64,000 bases of DNA, from contig OZ024742.1 of NCBI GenBank assembly GCA_964016885.1, positions 262,074,001 through 262,138,000 of the forward strand. The letters are read 5' to 3'. The notes beneath the pieces are model-generated. The model did no database searches. It worked only from the letters and a program-made list of their open reading frames with translations, and had not been told where the DNA came from. Below, one piece after another: positions 1 to 11,892 of this stretch (its first letter is position 1; each line of letters begins with the position of its first letter). The stretch is from Eledone cirrhosa. Lineage: Eukaryota. The position numbers were made by a program, and so were the translations under genes.

Positions 1-59
1 TGAATTGTATCATAGAACAAGGGCTACCCCTGACAATGCTGTTTATTATTAAGTATTTA

Positions 60-225
60 TATTTATCTAAAAACCATGCATCATCATTTTGTATAAGAAT
101 CTTTGTTTCAAATACCAGCTAAATAGTGAGAATGTTAGTTATATTATTAACTTTCCCTCCAAATTCTTGATTATTTGCAAAGGGATTTGAAAATCATAGG
201 TAATTAGAAATATGGTAATGTTAAA
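60..225. mobile_element. Fragment of a non-autonomous DNA element; homologue at about 32100-32291 ends in AAGGG-TTAA (piggyBac-like)
   Basis: Shared text CCAGCT..AAT..TGAGAA.GTTAG..CAAATTCTTG.TTATTT..GAAAATCATAGG..TTAGAAATATGGTAATG in both places. Confidence 0.5.
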
Positions 226-579
226 CTTTAAAAGAAATTGGAGCCAGTTGTCAGAGACTCTTTCCATTGATCCTTTCATTGTTCATACTATTAGTCACAA
301 CTCCTGGCAAAAGGAGTCAGGATTTGAATTTAGAATGTACAGAGCCAGATCAGTTACCACAAAAGCATCCTGTCCAACTCGAGCAATTTTTGCCAATCCA
401 CTCTCACTGGACTGAAGAGTGAAAAACGATGTTGACTGCAGCAGCATTTGAACTTGGAGCACAAAGAGCTAGAACAAATAACAAGACATTTAATCTGACT
501 GTTCTAATGGCTTTGCCAATAATAGTAATTGCATTGTTTAACAAAAGGGTTAAAGTGATTTTTTTTTTTTCTCTTTTAG

Positions 580-618
580 TCTGAACACGAACTTCACACT
601 CAACTTATGTGTTTCAAG
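580..618 (+). CDS. EIF3L: eIF3 subunit L, internal exon (SEHELHTQLMCFK)
   Basis: Polypyrimidine tract plus AG acceptor (578-579) and GTAAG donor (619). Phase-0 39-nt exon; peptide resembles eIF3L TEQEFRIQLLVFK. Confidence 0.85.
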
Positions 619-1018
619 GTAAGATTCATTAGAGATTTTATTTGAATAATACAAGAATTTGTCCTGTTAAAGGGGTTAGACTAAATTGTTTGTCTTACTT
701 TACTCTTGTTTTCCCCTCATTCATTTCTAACTTGCATTGTATGGGCTTTAATTTTTTTTTCTACTTACTAAAGGAAAAGAAGAAACTGTTTATACTTTCT
801 ACTTTTCATAGCAAGCCTTCTAATTCCAAAACTATAGTTATACTTAAATTAAATATATCTTAAATCTCTTCAAATTATTTGTTTTGATCAAAATTCAAAT
901 GTGTCATCATCATTATTGTTTAATATCTATCTTCCACTCTAGCATGGGTTTAGACGGGAATTGTCCTACTTGAGGCAAGATTGTTGTTAATAATTTATTG
1001 TTATTTCTGTATTTGTAG

Positions 1019-1111
1019 CACAAGATGAAAAATTTGGTTTGGACAAAAGGCACCAGTGGTCTTGATGGAGAATTCCAGTCCAGTTCAGAACTAGATTACT
1101 ACATTAATCGG
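1019..1111 (+). CDS. EIF3L: eIF3 subunit L, internal exon ([31 protein letters not shown])
   Basis: AG/GT-bounded 93-nt exon; close match to the conserved eIF3L segment [31 protein letters not shown]. Confidence 0.93.
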
Positions 1112-1134
1112 GTATAACAGAATTCTCTTGCTAT

Positions 1135-1340
1135 TCATGAGTCCCCTATCAGTCATGACTGACTATAGGTTAGCACCTAGAAAGTTCCTCCCCAAGGCAC
1201 AAGTCAGGACAAGGGGTTTTTGTGGAAGACCAGCAGTCACCCATGCGTGCCAATCTTCCCTCTTTATACCACTAGCTTTGACCAAGGCAATGGCAAAAGC
1301 CAATACAGCTTAGCACCAGTGTCATTGTGACTCACATTAC
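1135..1340 (-). mobile_element. SINE 3' portion (same family as 11545-11870)
   Basis: Reverse complement matches GGGCGACTGCTGGTCTTCCACAAAC...CTTGTGCCT...GGAACTTTCTAGGTG in the 11.7-kb copy. Confidence 0.7.
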
Positions 1341-1392
1341 ATATTCTTTATCTGATGTTCAAAGGAAAGAAAAAACTCACATTTTTAAATGT

Positions 1393-1710
1393 GAAGGTAC
1401 ATGGCCTAGGGGTTAGGGTGTTGGACTCACAATCATAATGCTGTGACTTCAATTCCTGGACCAGACAATGCTTTTTGTTCTCGGGCAAGATGCTTCATTT
1501 CATGTTACTATTAATGATAGTACTGAGGGTCCCTCTCATTAAAGAACTCGAGAAACCTTTTATTAGATGCAATCTCATAGGAGGCTAGCTAAACCTACAT
1601 TGGTGTGAGCTGTAACAACAGCATGATAGGGACTGAGACCTTATCATTAAAACATTCAAGAAACCTCCTATGAAATACTTCTTCATAAGAGGCTATCTAA
1701 ACCTACATGT
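1393..1710 (+). mobile_element. tRNA-derived SINE with tandemly duplicated double-hairpin tail
   Basis: A-box-like TGGCCTAGGGGTTAGG, degenerate B-box, CORE-like TTGTTCTCGGGCAAGATGCTT; tail ATGATAG..CTATCATT..CTATGA..TCATAGGAGGCTAGCTAAACC present twice. Confidence 0.7.
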
Positions 1711-2524
1711 AAATAACAATAATAATAAATGAAACTTCATTTTACTTTATGGCAATGATTCCAAAACTTTTCTTATTTACAGTTCACTTTAAAAGTAAAA
1801 ATGTTTCATTACAATTTATAGTTAAATTCGAAAATTTATTCAAAAGTGAAATTTCTGCATACTAACAGAGCATAAAGTTGAAATATAAATGACTAAATAC
1901 AGAAAAATTATCTGTACTTCCTTCTTTAGTCAATAGCAAAATTATCAATGAAAAGTATGCATTTGGTCTTTTTGGCAATGTTTTTGTTCTTTGAATAGTT
2001 GTTTCCCACTTTCACAGATATATATGAACTTCATTACAGATTTCAATTTGTAATTTAATTTTTACATTTTAAAATATCTTGTTCTTATAAAATGTACCTA
2101 ATTATATCTTGTGATGCACGGAGACATACAGTTTTGAAATCACTGTTTATTTTAGGACATCTTGTAATGTTATACAGCAGTTACATCATCCAGTCTGAGT
2201 GTACCATACATCTTAGAAAATTCAATAAATAAACCTTTTGCTGTGCATGGACTAGTTGTGGTGTTTAACTCATGATCATAAGGTTGTAGGTTTGATCTTG
2301 GAATGGGCAGCACTTCGTGTCCTTCAGCATGACACTTCATGCTCCTCAACTAATTGGCTAAAAAAATGAGTATCGGCAACATCTGATACAGCTTAGTACA
2401 AGTATTGTTGTATCTCACTTTTTAAGTGGACTGAACCAATGGGAATTTTTGTTTTTAATTTATTTTCCTATTTACCCACTGACAAGTTTTAATTGTTTTG
2501 TCTTTGTATTTTTTTATCTTTTAG

Positions 2525-2605
2525 GACATGATTCATGTAGCTGACACAAAAGTAGCTAATCGTTATGGTGACTATTTCATCCGTCAAATTCACAGATTCC
2601 AAGAG
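2525..2605 (+). CDS. EIF3L: eIF3 subunit L, internal exon (DMIHVADTKVANRYGDYFIRQIHRFQE)
   Basis: TTTAG acceptor and GTAAG donor; 81 nt; matches eIF3L C-terminal [27 protein letters not shown]. Confidence 0.95.
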
Positions 2606-2809
2606 GTAAGCACAATTTTCATTGATTTTCATCTTTTTTAACTTAACATCCTGTAAGCAGAAAATAACTAAAAACTGATTTGCTAATTCAAATGTTTATA
2701 GTATCTATGCTATTGTTCAGATCACTGTAAAAATTGCAATATTAGAATAAAGACTTTAAATTTTATTGTGATGCAGTCATTGCGCTATTTTGTACCAAAT
2801 CCAGGTTAA

Positions 2810-4277
2810 CCCTTTAGCGTTCAAAGCGACAAAAACCGACAAAATTATGTCCCCTTTCATTTATTCAAACCGACAAAAACCGACATTTAATACCACACGG
2901 AGATTTCCTTCTAAAAATAAACATTGACATCATCGAAATCTCGTCAATTCGAGATTACTGCGAGATAAAGCCCTTACGCGCGAAAATTAACTCTTAGTAT
3001 AGTTAAAGAACTTGCGATAACACGTGTTTTTAACGTTGAAAGTGTAACATGGCTTCCGAAAGTAGCGACAACGAATTTGAAGGTTTTACGTCCGACGACA
3101 TTCAAGATCAAAAAGAAACAGAAGATAATATCAGTGATTTATCTTCAAACGAATCAGATATATTTATTTCTGATATATCTGATAATGATGATAGTTACTT
3201 TGAAAGTGAAAGAGAAGATTTGACTGACACCATTGAAAAAATAGCAACGTGGTTGAAAGAAACAACATCGATACATGTTTCGGATTTTACTGAAAATATT
3301 GGACCACAACACACATACCACCCGATGCTAAAGCACTGGATTATTATTTTTTATTTTTACCACAATCTTTCTTCGAAGTTGTGGCAAATCGCTATGCACA
3401 ACAACAAATTTCTAATATCGGAAAACCCGATCTGTTATGTTGTCCGACAGATTCTGCCGAAATGAAAGCGTTTTTTACCATAAATATTATGTTTGGTATT
3501 AAACAATTTCCACGACTGTGGAATTATTGGAGTACTGATATAAGGTTTGGTGACCCTTATATATCTAGTATTATGGCAAAAACGAGATTCATTAAATTAA
3601 ACCAGTATTTGCATCTGGTTGATACTTCAAATGCCCCTGGTAGAAATGAATCAAATTACGACCCACTGTACAAAGTACGACCATTAATTGAAATATTGTC
3701 AGAAAAATTTAAAAGTGTGTATAAACTTATATATTGGGAACTTTCTATTACGTAATTTTACACCGTACATTTACAGAGTACATTGCCAATATTATTTTGA
3801 CCGGTGAAAAGGTTTTATACATTTTTTTCAATGAAAATATTTGCCTGGAATGTAGAGAAAGACTAAAACCGTGTACTGATTACACCTGCATTTTTAATTA
3901 ATTCACCTGTTCAGAAAACTGCTAGAATTGATGGAAATCAGCATCTAGGTCATTATTGGATTTTTTTGCAACAAATCTAACAGATAAGGCAGATAAAGTT
4001 TAAATTTTTGTGTTTATCCATAAAGTTATTACTTTTACACCTGTTAATTAATTTCACTTGCCCATAAAAGTCAAATTTAACAAAAAAAATCAGGTAAAAA
4101 TATATAATTGTAAATTATAGTTATTTAAACATCTACTGACAAAATTTCAAGTCTGCACATAGAAAATTAAAGTAATTACAAACAAATAAAATTGATAATC
4201 CTCTTGAGTATAATTAAGTGAAAATAATGCGAATAGATGAACATGACATTTGACAATTCAATGTGAATGCTAAAGGG
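2810..4277 (+). mobile_element. piggyBac transposon, internally deleted, in an EIF3L intron
   Basis: TTAA TSDs at 2806-2809 and 4278-4281; TIRs CCCTTTAGCGTTCA and TGAATGCTAAAGGG; encloses transposase fragments. Confidence 0.92.
3049..3755 (+). pseudogene. Frameshifted, truncated piggyBac (PGBD4-like) transposase
   Basis: Acidic N-terminus (SDNEFEGF) and motifs EMKAFF, NYWSTD, MAKTRF..L..YLH, DPLYKVRPLIE; stops before the catalytic DDD region. Confidence 0.85.
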
Positions 4278-4574
4278 TTAATTGAATTTTTTTTATATAA
4301 CCTATGAACCACCTTGTCATTAACATATTTCTGAGGAAATCTCTACATTTCAAGTATTTTTTAAAATAACCAAAAATTGGGGGGGGGGGGGTAGTAAAAT
4401 AATTAACATTGCCTATATTAAATAGATTTTTGGAACAAAAAGGTTCTTAGATAAAATTATGATTGAAGATTTTTAGATAAATATAGATAGTTTTGTATCA
4501 TAGAAACATGGATGGTATCAAAAGGTGTAATGCTAATGACAGCCAGCCTAAGGTCCTGAAGATAGATGCAGTTC

Positions 4575-4742
4575 CACAGTAGAATTAACGTATTCCAAAC
4601 GCAATCATACAGTTGTAGCTTCAATTCTTGGACCAGACAGCATGTTACTTTCCATGATAGGTCCCTGTCATTAAAACATCTAAGAAACCTATAAGACACA
4701 CTCTTGTAGGAGGCTAGCTTAACTTGCAAAGGTGTGAGCTAT
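4575..4742 (+). mobile_element. Degenerate tRNA-derived SINE (family of 1393-1710)
   Basis: TTCAATTCTTGGACCAGAC head remnant and the same ATGATAGG..TAGGAGGCTAGCTTAAC tail. Confidence 0.6.
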
Positions 4743-5427
4743 AAAAAAAAAAAATGTTTAAAGATATATTTATAATATGAATAAATCTAGTGTTGACTTG
4801 GTATCCAATGTGCATACTTTATATTTTAAATTGTACAGGATTACCTGAGATTGCATGAATGTGTATATACATATATATATATATATATATACAAAGCCAT
4901 ATAAGGACATTCTTGGGTGTGTATTTCCCTATGGCTGATGAATGATGCAGATGTTCTGTGATAAGACCCCAAAAAGGGCCAAAAATCAATTACTGTTAAT
5001 CATTTTTTCCAATCTACATATCAAATATATAAATTTGATATGTTTATATACACCTTAAAACAGTCTGTTAATTATGTACTGTAAATACACAGATATGTAT
5101 TTATATATTTTAGTTGCTGAATACACAATTTAATATATACTGAAATTAGCTATATATAAGCAGAAATATGTAAATTAGCAGTGTCATTTCATGATTGGTG
5201 CTACTTTTTGTAGGCTTTATAAGGCCAACATTACATAATATCCCTGTGGTTGATTAATGATGTAGATATCATCTGATGAGGTAATAGCTGTCCAAAATTA
5301 AGGGTGTTCAGCATTTTTTCAATCTCCAAGGAAATAAATATGACAGATTTATATATCTATATACATCATATGTATATTTATATACACACTCATGCATTTT
5401 CAGTTAATCCTGTACTGTATAGTAAAT

Positions 5428-5608
5428 GTGCATAGCCTAGTGGTTATGATGTTGAACTCAGAAACATATGGTCGTGTTCTTGAGTAAGACACTTCATTTC
5501 ACGTTGCTTTTCATGATAGGTCTCTAGCCCCTATCATTGAAACACCAAAGAAACCTATGAGAAGCAACTTCATAGGAGGTCAGCTAAACCTGCATAGGTG
5601 TAAACTAA
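5428..5608 (+). mobile_element. Degenerate tRNA-derived SINE (family of 1393-1710)
   Basis: TAGCCTAGTGGTTA head, GTGTTCTTGAGTAAGACACTT core and the same tail. Confidence 0.65.
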
Positions 5609-5702
5609 ATATTTTTCAGTTTTTCAGTACCATTTAGGTATATGTTTTTATTGTATACTTTGTTAGTATTTATATTTATTTGTTTATTTTTATTGTTTCC
5701 AG

Positions 5703-5744
5703 GTGATAGACACGATGAAATATATCTCAAACTCAACCTTTTGA
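5703..5744 (+). CDS. EIF3L: Probable terminal coding exon of eIF3L (VIDTMKYISNSTF*)
   Basis: Long T-rich tract plus CCAG acceptor, in-frame TGA after 13 codons, length fits the eIF3L tail. The peptide itself is poorly conserved. Confidence 0.65.
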   Translation: MIDTMKYISNSTF

Positions 5745-5885
5745 ATTTAGTTAGGCAGAAGTGTTATGTTGATGTACCTGCTACGTTATTTTGAATCATG
5801 GGATTACGAGATCTGTTCCAATTTCAATCTTACTCATGTACATAAAGTAATGTTACTTTGTATGTGTAAGGCACCTCATTTCTCC

Positions 5886-5891
5886 ATTAAA
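5886..5891 (+). promoter_or_regulatory. Candidate polyadenylation signal ATTAAA of EIF3L
   Basis: About 140 nt after the stop codon and followed by a GT/T-rich tract (about 5915-5935). Confidence 0.5.
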
Positions 5892-6289
5892 ATAACAGCT
5901 TAACAATATTGGAATTTGTTTGTTTTATTTGTTTCAGTCTTTAATTCTGTACATATTTTTAATGAAAGACCCTGCCTGTTTTCAAATGATTTTGAAAATA
6001 GTCAAAAGTTTGTATGGATTTAGTAATATAATTAACTTTCTCATTAAGCTGGTGTTTGAAACATAATTTAACAAAGTTCCTTGAAAAAAAAAAACAATGG
6101 AAGGTTTTTAAATAAACACTTAAACTCTTTTGTATTGTAGAATCAGGGCAGTCACAGGTGGGTTCATATCTGGGCAAAATGGATTTTGAGTCAATCATAT
6201 TGTTCTCTGTTTACTGCTAAGTTATGGGATATGTAAACACATATATATATATATACAAGCAGGGAAAAGCGGACGTAAAATGATGATGA

Positions 6290-7680
6290 TAACCTAGTAG
6301 TTAGCGACTTTATAATTGAGACGGGGCAACTTGGAAGCCATGGAAACTGAGAGAGCCCTCAACTGTTAACAAATTCAGGTATGTCTTACTTTTAACAGTA
6401 AGGAAGAAGAGATAAAAACATACAACATAGAAGAGTAGGAGGTTCTGTTAGATAAAACTGCTGAAAGCCCCAAGATGGAGGCCAACATGTTGGTAGAATA
6501 GTAAGGTGGATAAGGCATTTAAAACAATGAAACGGGTATTGAAAGATTGACAATGGGAGAGGCAGAGAACTACCAATAATCTAGGAGAAAAGCTACGTGT
6601 CTGATACACACTACAATAGAGAAGCGGAAAGTAAGAAGTTTGCACATATTCTGTATAATGAGAACCAAAGGAGTAAAGTGTTCTGGATTGCAAGGCAATG
6701 TGTCAGGGAAAATAAGGATGTTATTGGTTAGAAGTGTACAGTCAGAAATGCAGTGAAAAAAGAAGTATGGAAGTGCTATTATGAGAGATTGTTGAATAAA
6801 GAGAATTCATTGGAGGAAGATAATCTGTCCCAAGTAGTCCCAACAGAAAGATTAGCCATCCAAGTTGGCAGCAGTTTGGTAAGTAAGGCAATTAAACATA
6901 AGAAGACACACAAAGCAGCAAGACCTGGATTAGTTGCTGAGATGCTGAAAGCATATGGGATGGGCTACACATTGTGAATCGGTTAATATGGAATGGTGTC
7001 ATACCCAATGATTGGTGCAGCAGCAGCATTGTCAACTCCTACAATGGCAAAGGAAAACTATTGAGGTACCAAGTTACAGAAGGAGTTATAGCACAACTAA
7101 TAGCAGATCAAGTTAACTTAGACTATGCAGTTCAGCTTGTTCCATGTAGATGAATGATATGTTCTTTTCCTTGAATGACAACTGCAGAAGTACTTAGCTA
7201 AGATTAAGTCCCCCTATTTGGTGTTTGTTGACCTGGAAAAAGTTTTTGATAGGCTACCTCATTCCATAATCTGGTGGGCTTTTAGAAAACTAGGAATAGA
7301 TATGGTTTGTGAGGGCTGTACAAACCATGTACAGAATAGCAATCAGCAAAGTGAGAATTAATGTGTGTAATGAGGAATTCATTGTAAGAGCTGAATCAAG
7401 AGCTCTAATTATTATAGTCCTTCAGGCTATAATGGAGAAGTTTAAGACTAGCTAGGAACTTTGTATGAAGATGGCTTAGTTTTCATAGCCCACATTCTTT
7501 GTTATCCTGCTTACTCTTCTTGTGTACTCATAGTTTACACTGGAATTTCTACCAGCTCCTTTTTTGATTATTGATTATAGCCATTTCACTCATGGAAAAC
7601 TTGGAATGATGTGGTCAAGGCTGACCTCACAAAGATGAATAAGGATAGAGTTGACTGGCAATATGCTGTACAACAGGTGA
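6290..7680 (+). pseudogene. Decayed RTE LINE (endonuclease-RT linker and RT)
   Basis: ORF 6753-6977 (WKCYYERLLNKEN..AIK..KAA..VAEMLKA) and FVDLEKVFDR-like DNA near 7220 are homologous to the intact RTE at 59130-62249; many stops and indels. Confidence 0.8.
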
Positions 7681-8455
7681 CTCCCTTTCCTATATGAATG
7701 GGATTAAATGCAAGCAGAGAGGGTTAACAACTATTTTTTCAGTTAGGTCCCCATTTCTCCAACACTATCTAACCCCCTCCCCTCACTACCTATTTTCTTT
7801 CCTCCTATTCACATCCTTGATTCCTTATTCCTCACCTAACCCATGTAAACATGGAAAGATGGACACACTGCCTGATATCGCCTGCCCACTCCTTCATTTA
7901 AAGTCTATCTTTGTAACCCATTACTACCCTCATTCACATTCACATCCCCAAATCCCACTTCCTCAGCCAACCATGCTAGTATGGAAAGAAGAATGCTCTT
8001 CATCATCAATGTACCTCCAGACATTATTCTAAAGCCACATATGTCTCCCACTCCAAGAAACATGTAGCTACCCCTGCTCCCATCAATACCTTTCCAGCTT
8101 GGCCAAGGATGCCATATCACTCTCTTTAAAGCCACCCCTTGCATCTCTTGGTAAGCAGCATGTACCTTTTTCACCTGCTCATTTTCCCCACTCCCATCAC
8201 AGCCTTCGCAGCCTGACTGAGGACAATGTAACATGCATCTTTGTGTCAATAAGTGGTTGTGCTGGTGCCACAATAAAATGCTCCCATCCCACTATAATGT
8301 GGTAGTGCTGATGCCTCGATATAAAGCACCCATCCTACTCTGTTAGGTGGACCTGTCTGGTCTCAGAACTTGACAACACATCTAACCCATGCAAGCAATA
8401 CAAAAAGAAGCTAAATGGTGATGATATATATCATCATTTAATGTATATATAGGTA

Positions 8456-8830
8456 TACGAGGGTTGGGTGAAAAGTTCATAGGCTGACCAAGATTCTTTT
8501 ATTGAATGTAACCAAATAAAGCTTATTTTTCAATATATTACCTCTTGTGGTCTACACACTTCTTCCATCGGTGTTGCAGTGCTTGGATCCTATTGGTGAA
8601 AAAGCTTTCATCCTGTTGCAAAAAAGTCATCAACTGCAGATATAGCGTAATCATCATTGCAATACTGGTTCTCAGCCAAGTGTTTTTTCATGTTGGGGAA
8701 CAGATGATAGTCAGATCAGTAGAATAAGATGGATGATCAACCAGTTCAAAGACACAGCAGCCATTAAAAGCAAGGATTTGTGTGCTGGAGCATTGTCCTA
8801 ATGAAACAAGAGCCCATTCATCAGTTTTCT
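8456..8830 (-). mobile_element. Mariner 3'-end fragment
   Basis: TA followed by a CGAGGGTTGGGTGAAAAGTT TIR-like end; minus strand reads IQALQHRWKKCVDH (mariner C-terminus) and a DNAPAH motif near 8785-8800. Confidence 0.7.
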
Positions 8831-9419
8831 TGGGTGTTTGGTCTTGATAGCCTTTTGTAACTACCCCAGCAAATTAGCATGGTTAGTGAAGTCCAATCAG
8901 AACATCCCAACCAAGGACAAACATAAACTGGACAGCTACATATTCAGTTTTAACCCTCGACCAGTACAACAACACCTTGCTCTCCAAAACAAAGACAATT
9001 GGTACACCACTAATAAGAAGTGTCCATCAGAGAAACAAATAGCCGGAGCACAGCTAACGAAAGTAGAAAACAAATTAGAAAGAATAACAATACTTATAAA
9101 CCAAGAGGAACTTTTTTTAGCTCACAATTTCAGAAAGCTGTGGATTAACTCTTATGCAACCCTCACATACAATTGTGATACACAATGTTTGCAAGGACAT
9201 AGATGAACACTCCCTATCCACAAAAGTTAAAGGATACAAATCCCTGTCACTGAGATTCCTAATAAATATTAACAAAATTATCAGCCAATCAACCCATGGC
9301 AGCATCAAAATTGAACTGATAGACAAGCAATCCCAAGTGTACACTAATCTCAATGGAGATTTTAAAGGGAGTAGGGTGGAAGCTTTGATTTTTAATAACC
9401 ACTGCTCATCTGGAGGTCC

Positions 9420-10490
9420 CTATAGAAACTAGACATAAAAAAATGGTTTGTCAAAGCAGTGCAAGCCATGTACAGAAGAACTGTCATTAAAGTGAGAGTA
9501 GGTAATGAGTTAGTAAGGAATTTACTGTATAGGTTAGTGTTCATCAAGGCTCAGTCCTTAGCCCACTCTCATATATTATAGTTCTCCAGGTAACAACAGT
9601 GGAGAACTTCTAAATGCTGGCCTGTTTTTTTTTATAACTGAATTCATGGAAGAGCTAAAGAATAAAGTCCAGCTTTAGAAACAGAAATTAAAAGATTTTA
9701 GAGTAGGAAAAGAGACAGAACTCTGATCCTTCAGAGAAGTTGCCTTGTTGGATATGTAGAAAAGGAATAGATATAAACTCTTTATATGGAGATGTTGTGG
9801 GATAGTAGGCAGATTAACAGAGAAAGGTATGTAGCAGATTCACAGGGATATTTGGAAGTAAGAGCATCAGTGAAATAAACTTTTTCCAATTCCAGGAGGG
9901 ATCCATAGAAGAGGTTGATAGATTCTGCTACCTAGGTGATATAATTAGTCGTGGAGAAGGGTGCTCTGAGAGAAAAGGGTTTAAAATAAGAACAGGATAG
10001 AAGAAGTTCAGGGAACTATTAACTCTGTTGATAACAAAGGTTTCTCTCTACAAATCAAAGACAGGCTGTATGATGCCCCTGTGCACAGTATGAGATGCTA
10101 CATGGTAGTGAGATATGAACAGTGAATGCAGAGGATATGTGAAGGCTGGAGAGAAATGAAGCAAGCATACTGTGTTGGATGACAAAGCCTAGATGAGCAG
10201 AGAGAAAAGCTGAGTATAAGAGAAATCAGATGTAGTGTGCAGGCGAGAAGACTGTATTGGTATGGGCATGTGATGCATATGGATGATAATCGTTGAGTGA
10301 AGAAGTATCAAGAAATCCCAGTGTAATGAAGCTGTAGTAGAGAGAGATCAAGGAAGAGCTGGTCAGAAGTTGTGAGAACTGACAGAAGAGATGGCAAAGG
10401 ACTGTGACAAGTGAAAAGATGCTGTGCTGGAAAAAGCAAATCCAACCTATGCAAGCATGGAAAAGTCAATGTAAAATAATGAACAACAAC
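9420..10490 (+). pseudogene. Decayed RTE LINE 3' part
   Basis: DNA for KAVQAMY, VHQGSVLSPL, FCYLGD, MLHGSE and WYGHVM motifs, ending in GCAAGCATGGAAAAG..GTAAAAT like other RTE tails. Confidence 0.8.
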
Positions 10491-10655
10491 TAATCTCCGA
10501 CCGGTCCTTTAAGACCTTTACAGGGATACGCCCTTGAAAATGGTTTTTTAAACCCGAAAATATTTGGGATAATTAAATTTGCTAAGGTAAAATTCTATCG
10601 TTATCTTGGCACCTTTAATTTTCTAATGTATCGTATGGTTTTTAAAATAATTTAA

Positions 10656-10690
<35 letters not shown>

Positions 10691-10713
10691 GAGAGAGAGA
10701 AAGAGATAGTTAG

Positions 10714-10925
10714 ATAGTAACAATAAATCCAAAGAGGTCTCAATAAGGGTTGTATATGTATAAATGTATATAAACCTGTGGAGTGAATATTTATTATTAG
10801 TACAGATTAAAAGTTTAAGCAATAAATTTCAGCTTTCACCCTGAGTGGGAACACATGAAACATGATCCTGTTTAGGGTGAAAGCTGAAAATTATTGCTTA
10901 AACTTTTAATCTGTACTAATAATAT
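10714..10925 (-). mobile_element. Penelope/Naiad 3'-terminal fragment with an inverted copy (fold-back)
   Basis: Homologous to 11893-12035 (AAATCCAAAGAGG..ACAGATTAAAGTTTAAGCAA); about 50-bp inverted arms at 10792-10842 and 10873-10925. Confidence 0.7.
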
Positions 10926-10929
10926 ATAT

Positions 10930-11520
10930 GCACCACCTTCCCCTTCCATCACCCTTTCCATACACCTCCCATGCTGTAATCACCCAACTGATGTCATAAC
11001 CCCTCACCCCTAGATCTATCTCCCCCACCCAAGTCCCCAATCTACACTATAAAGTGGTCATCTTGGTACCACGACAATGAGCACCCAGTCCACACTGTAA
11101 AGTAGTTGTGTAGGTATTACAAAAAAATGCACCCAGCCCTCACTATAAAATGGTCATGTTGGTGACACGACAAAAATTGCCCAGCCCACACTGTAAAGTG
11201 GTCGTAATGGTGTCATGGCAAAAATCAACCAGTCCACACTATAAAGTGGTCATGTAGGAGTCACGATAAAAAAGCACCCAGCCCACACTATAAAGTGGTC
11301 GTGTAGGTGTCACGACAAAAAACGCCCAGTCCACACTGTAAAGTGGTCATGTAGGTGTCATGACAAACAGTACCCAGTGTACACTATAAATGTGGTTGTC
11401 ATTAGGAAGGGCATCCAGCCATAGATACCAAGCCAAAATCAGTTCTGTATGAGCAAAGCATGGTCAGCTTGTTTAATCCTTTCTAGTATGGAAAATGAAC
11501 ATTAAATGATGATGATGATA
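10930..11520 (+). mobile_element. RTE 3' UTR fragment with an expanded ~48-bp minisatellite and (GAT)n tail
   Basis: About 8 units of CACCCAGTCCACACTGTAAAGTGGTCATGTAGGTGTCACGACAAAAA, then TAGGAAGGGCATCCAGC and ATGATGATGATGAT. Confidence 0.75.
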
Positions 11521-11544
11521 TATATATATATATATATATATATG

Positions 11545-11870
11545 TGGGTTAGTTGTTAGAGCATTGGGCTTGCAATCTGGAGGTTATGAGTTTGATTCTT
11601 GGACTGGGTGATATGTTGTGTCTTTGAGCAAGATATTTTATTTCACATTGTTCCAATTTACTTAGCTGTAGAAATGAGTTATGACATCACTGGTGCTAAG
11701 CAGTATTGGCCATTGCTTTTCCCTTGGACAACATCGGTGGTGTGGTGAGGAGAGGCTAGTATGCATGGGCGACTGCTGGTCTTCCACAAACACCCTTGCT
11801 GGACTTGTGCCTCAGAGGGGAACTTTCTAGGTGTAAATCTCATGGTTACTTGTGACCGAAGGGGGTCTTT
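11545..11870 (+). mobile_element. tRNA-derived SINE with CORE-like middle, between (TA)n runs
   Basis: TTAGTTGTTAGAGCATTGG head, TTGTGTCTTTGAGCAAGA core, tail shared with 1135-1340. Confidence 0.75.
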
Positions 11871-11892
11871 ATATATATATATATATATATAC

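Noticed and set aside
405-430. CTGAAGAGTGAAA hammerhead-like text
   Set aside because: Only 2 nt between the cores, so stem II cannot form.
1514-1710. Double-hairpin motif repeated four times in EIF3L introns, resembling H/ACA snoRNAs
   Set aside because: It is attached to tRNA-derived SINE heads and also occurs on the minus strand outside the gene (33115-33200), so it is a SINE tail.
4900-5430. CTGATGA/ATGATG motifs in a weak ~310-bp intronic duplication, as C/D snoRNA or hammerhead candidates
   Set aside because: No matching GAAA-stem III arrangement or terminal stem with correctly spaced C and D boxes.
8838-9432. Two overlapping ORFs that might be a LINE ORF1 remnant or host exons
   Set aside because: No diagnostic motif or splice pattern recognised; needs a profile search.
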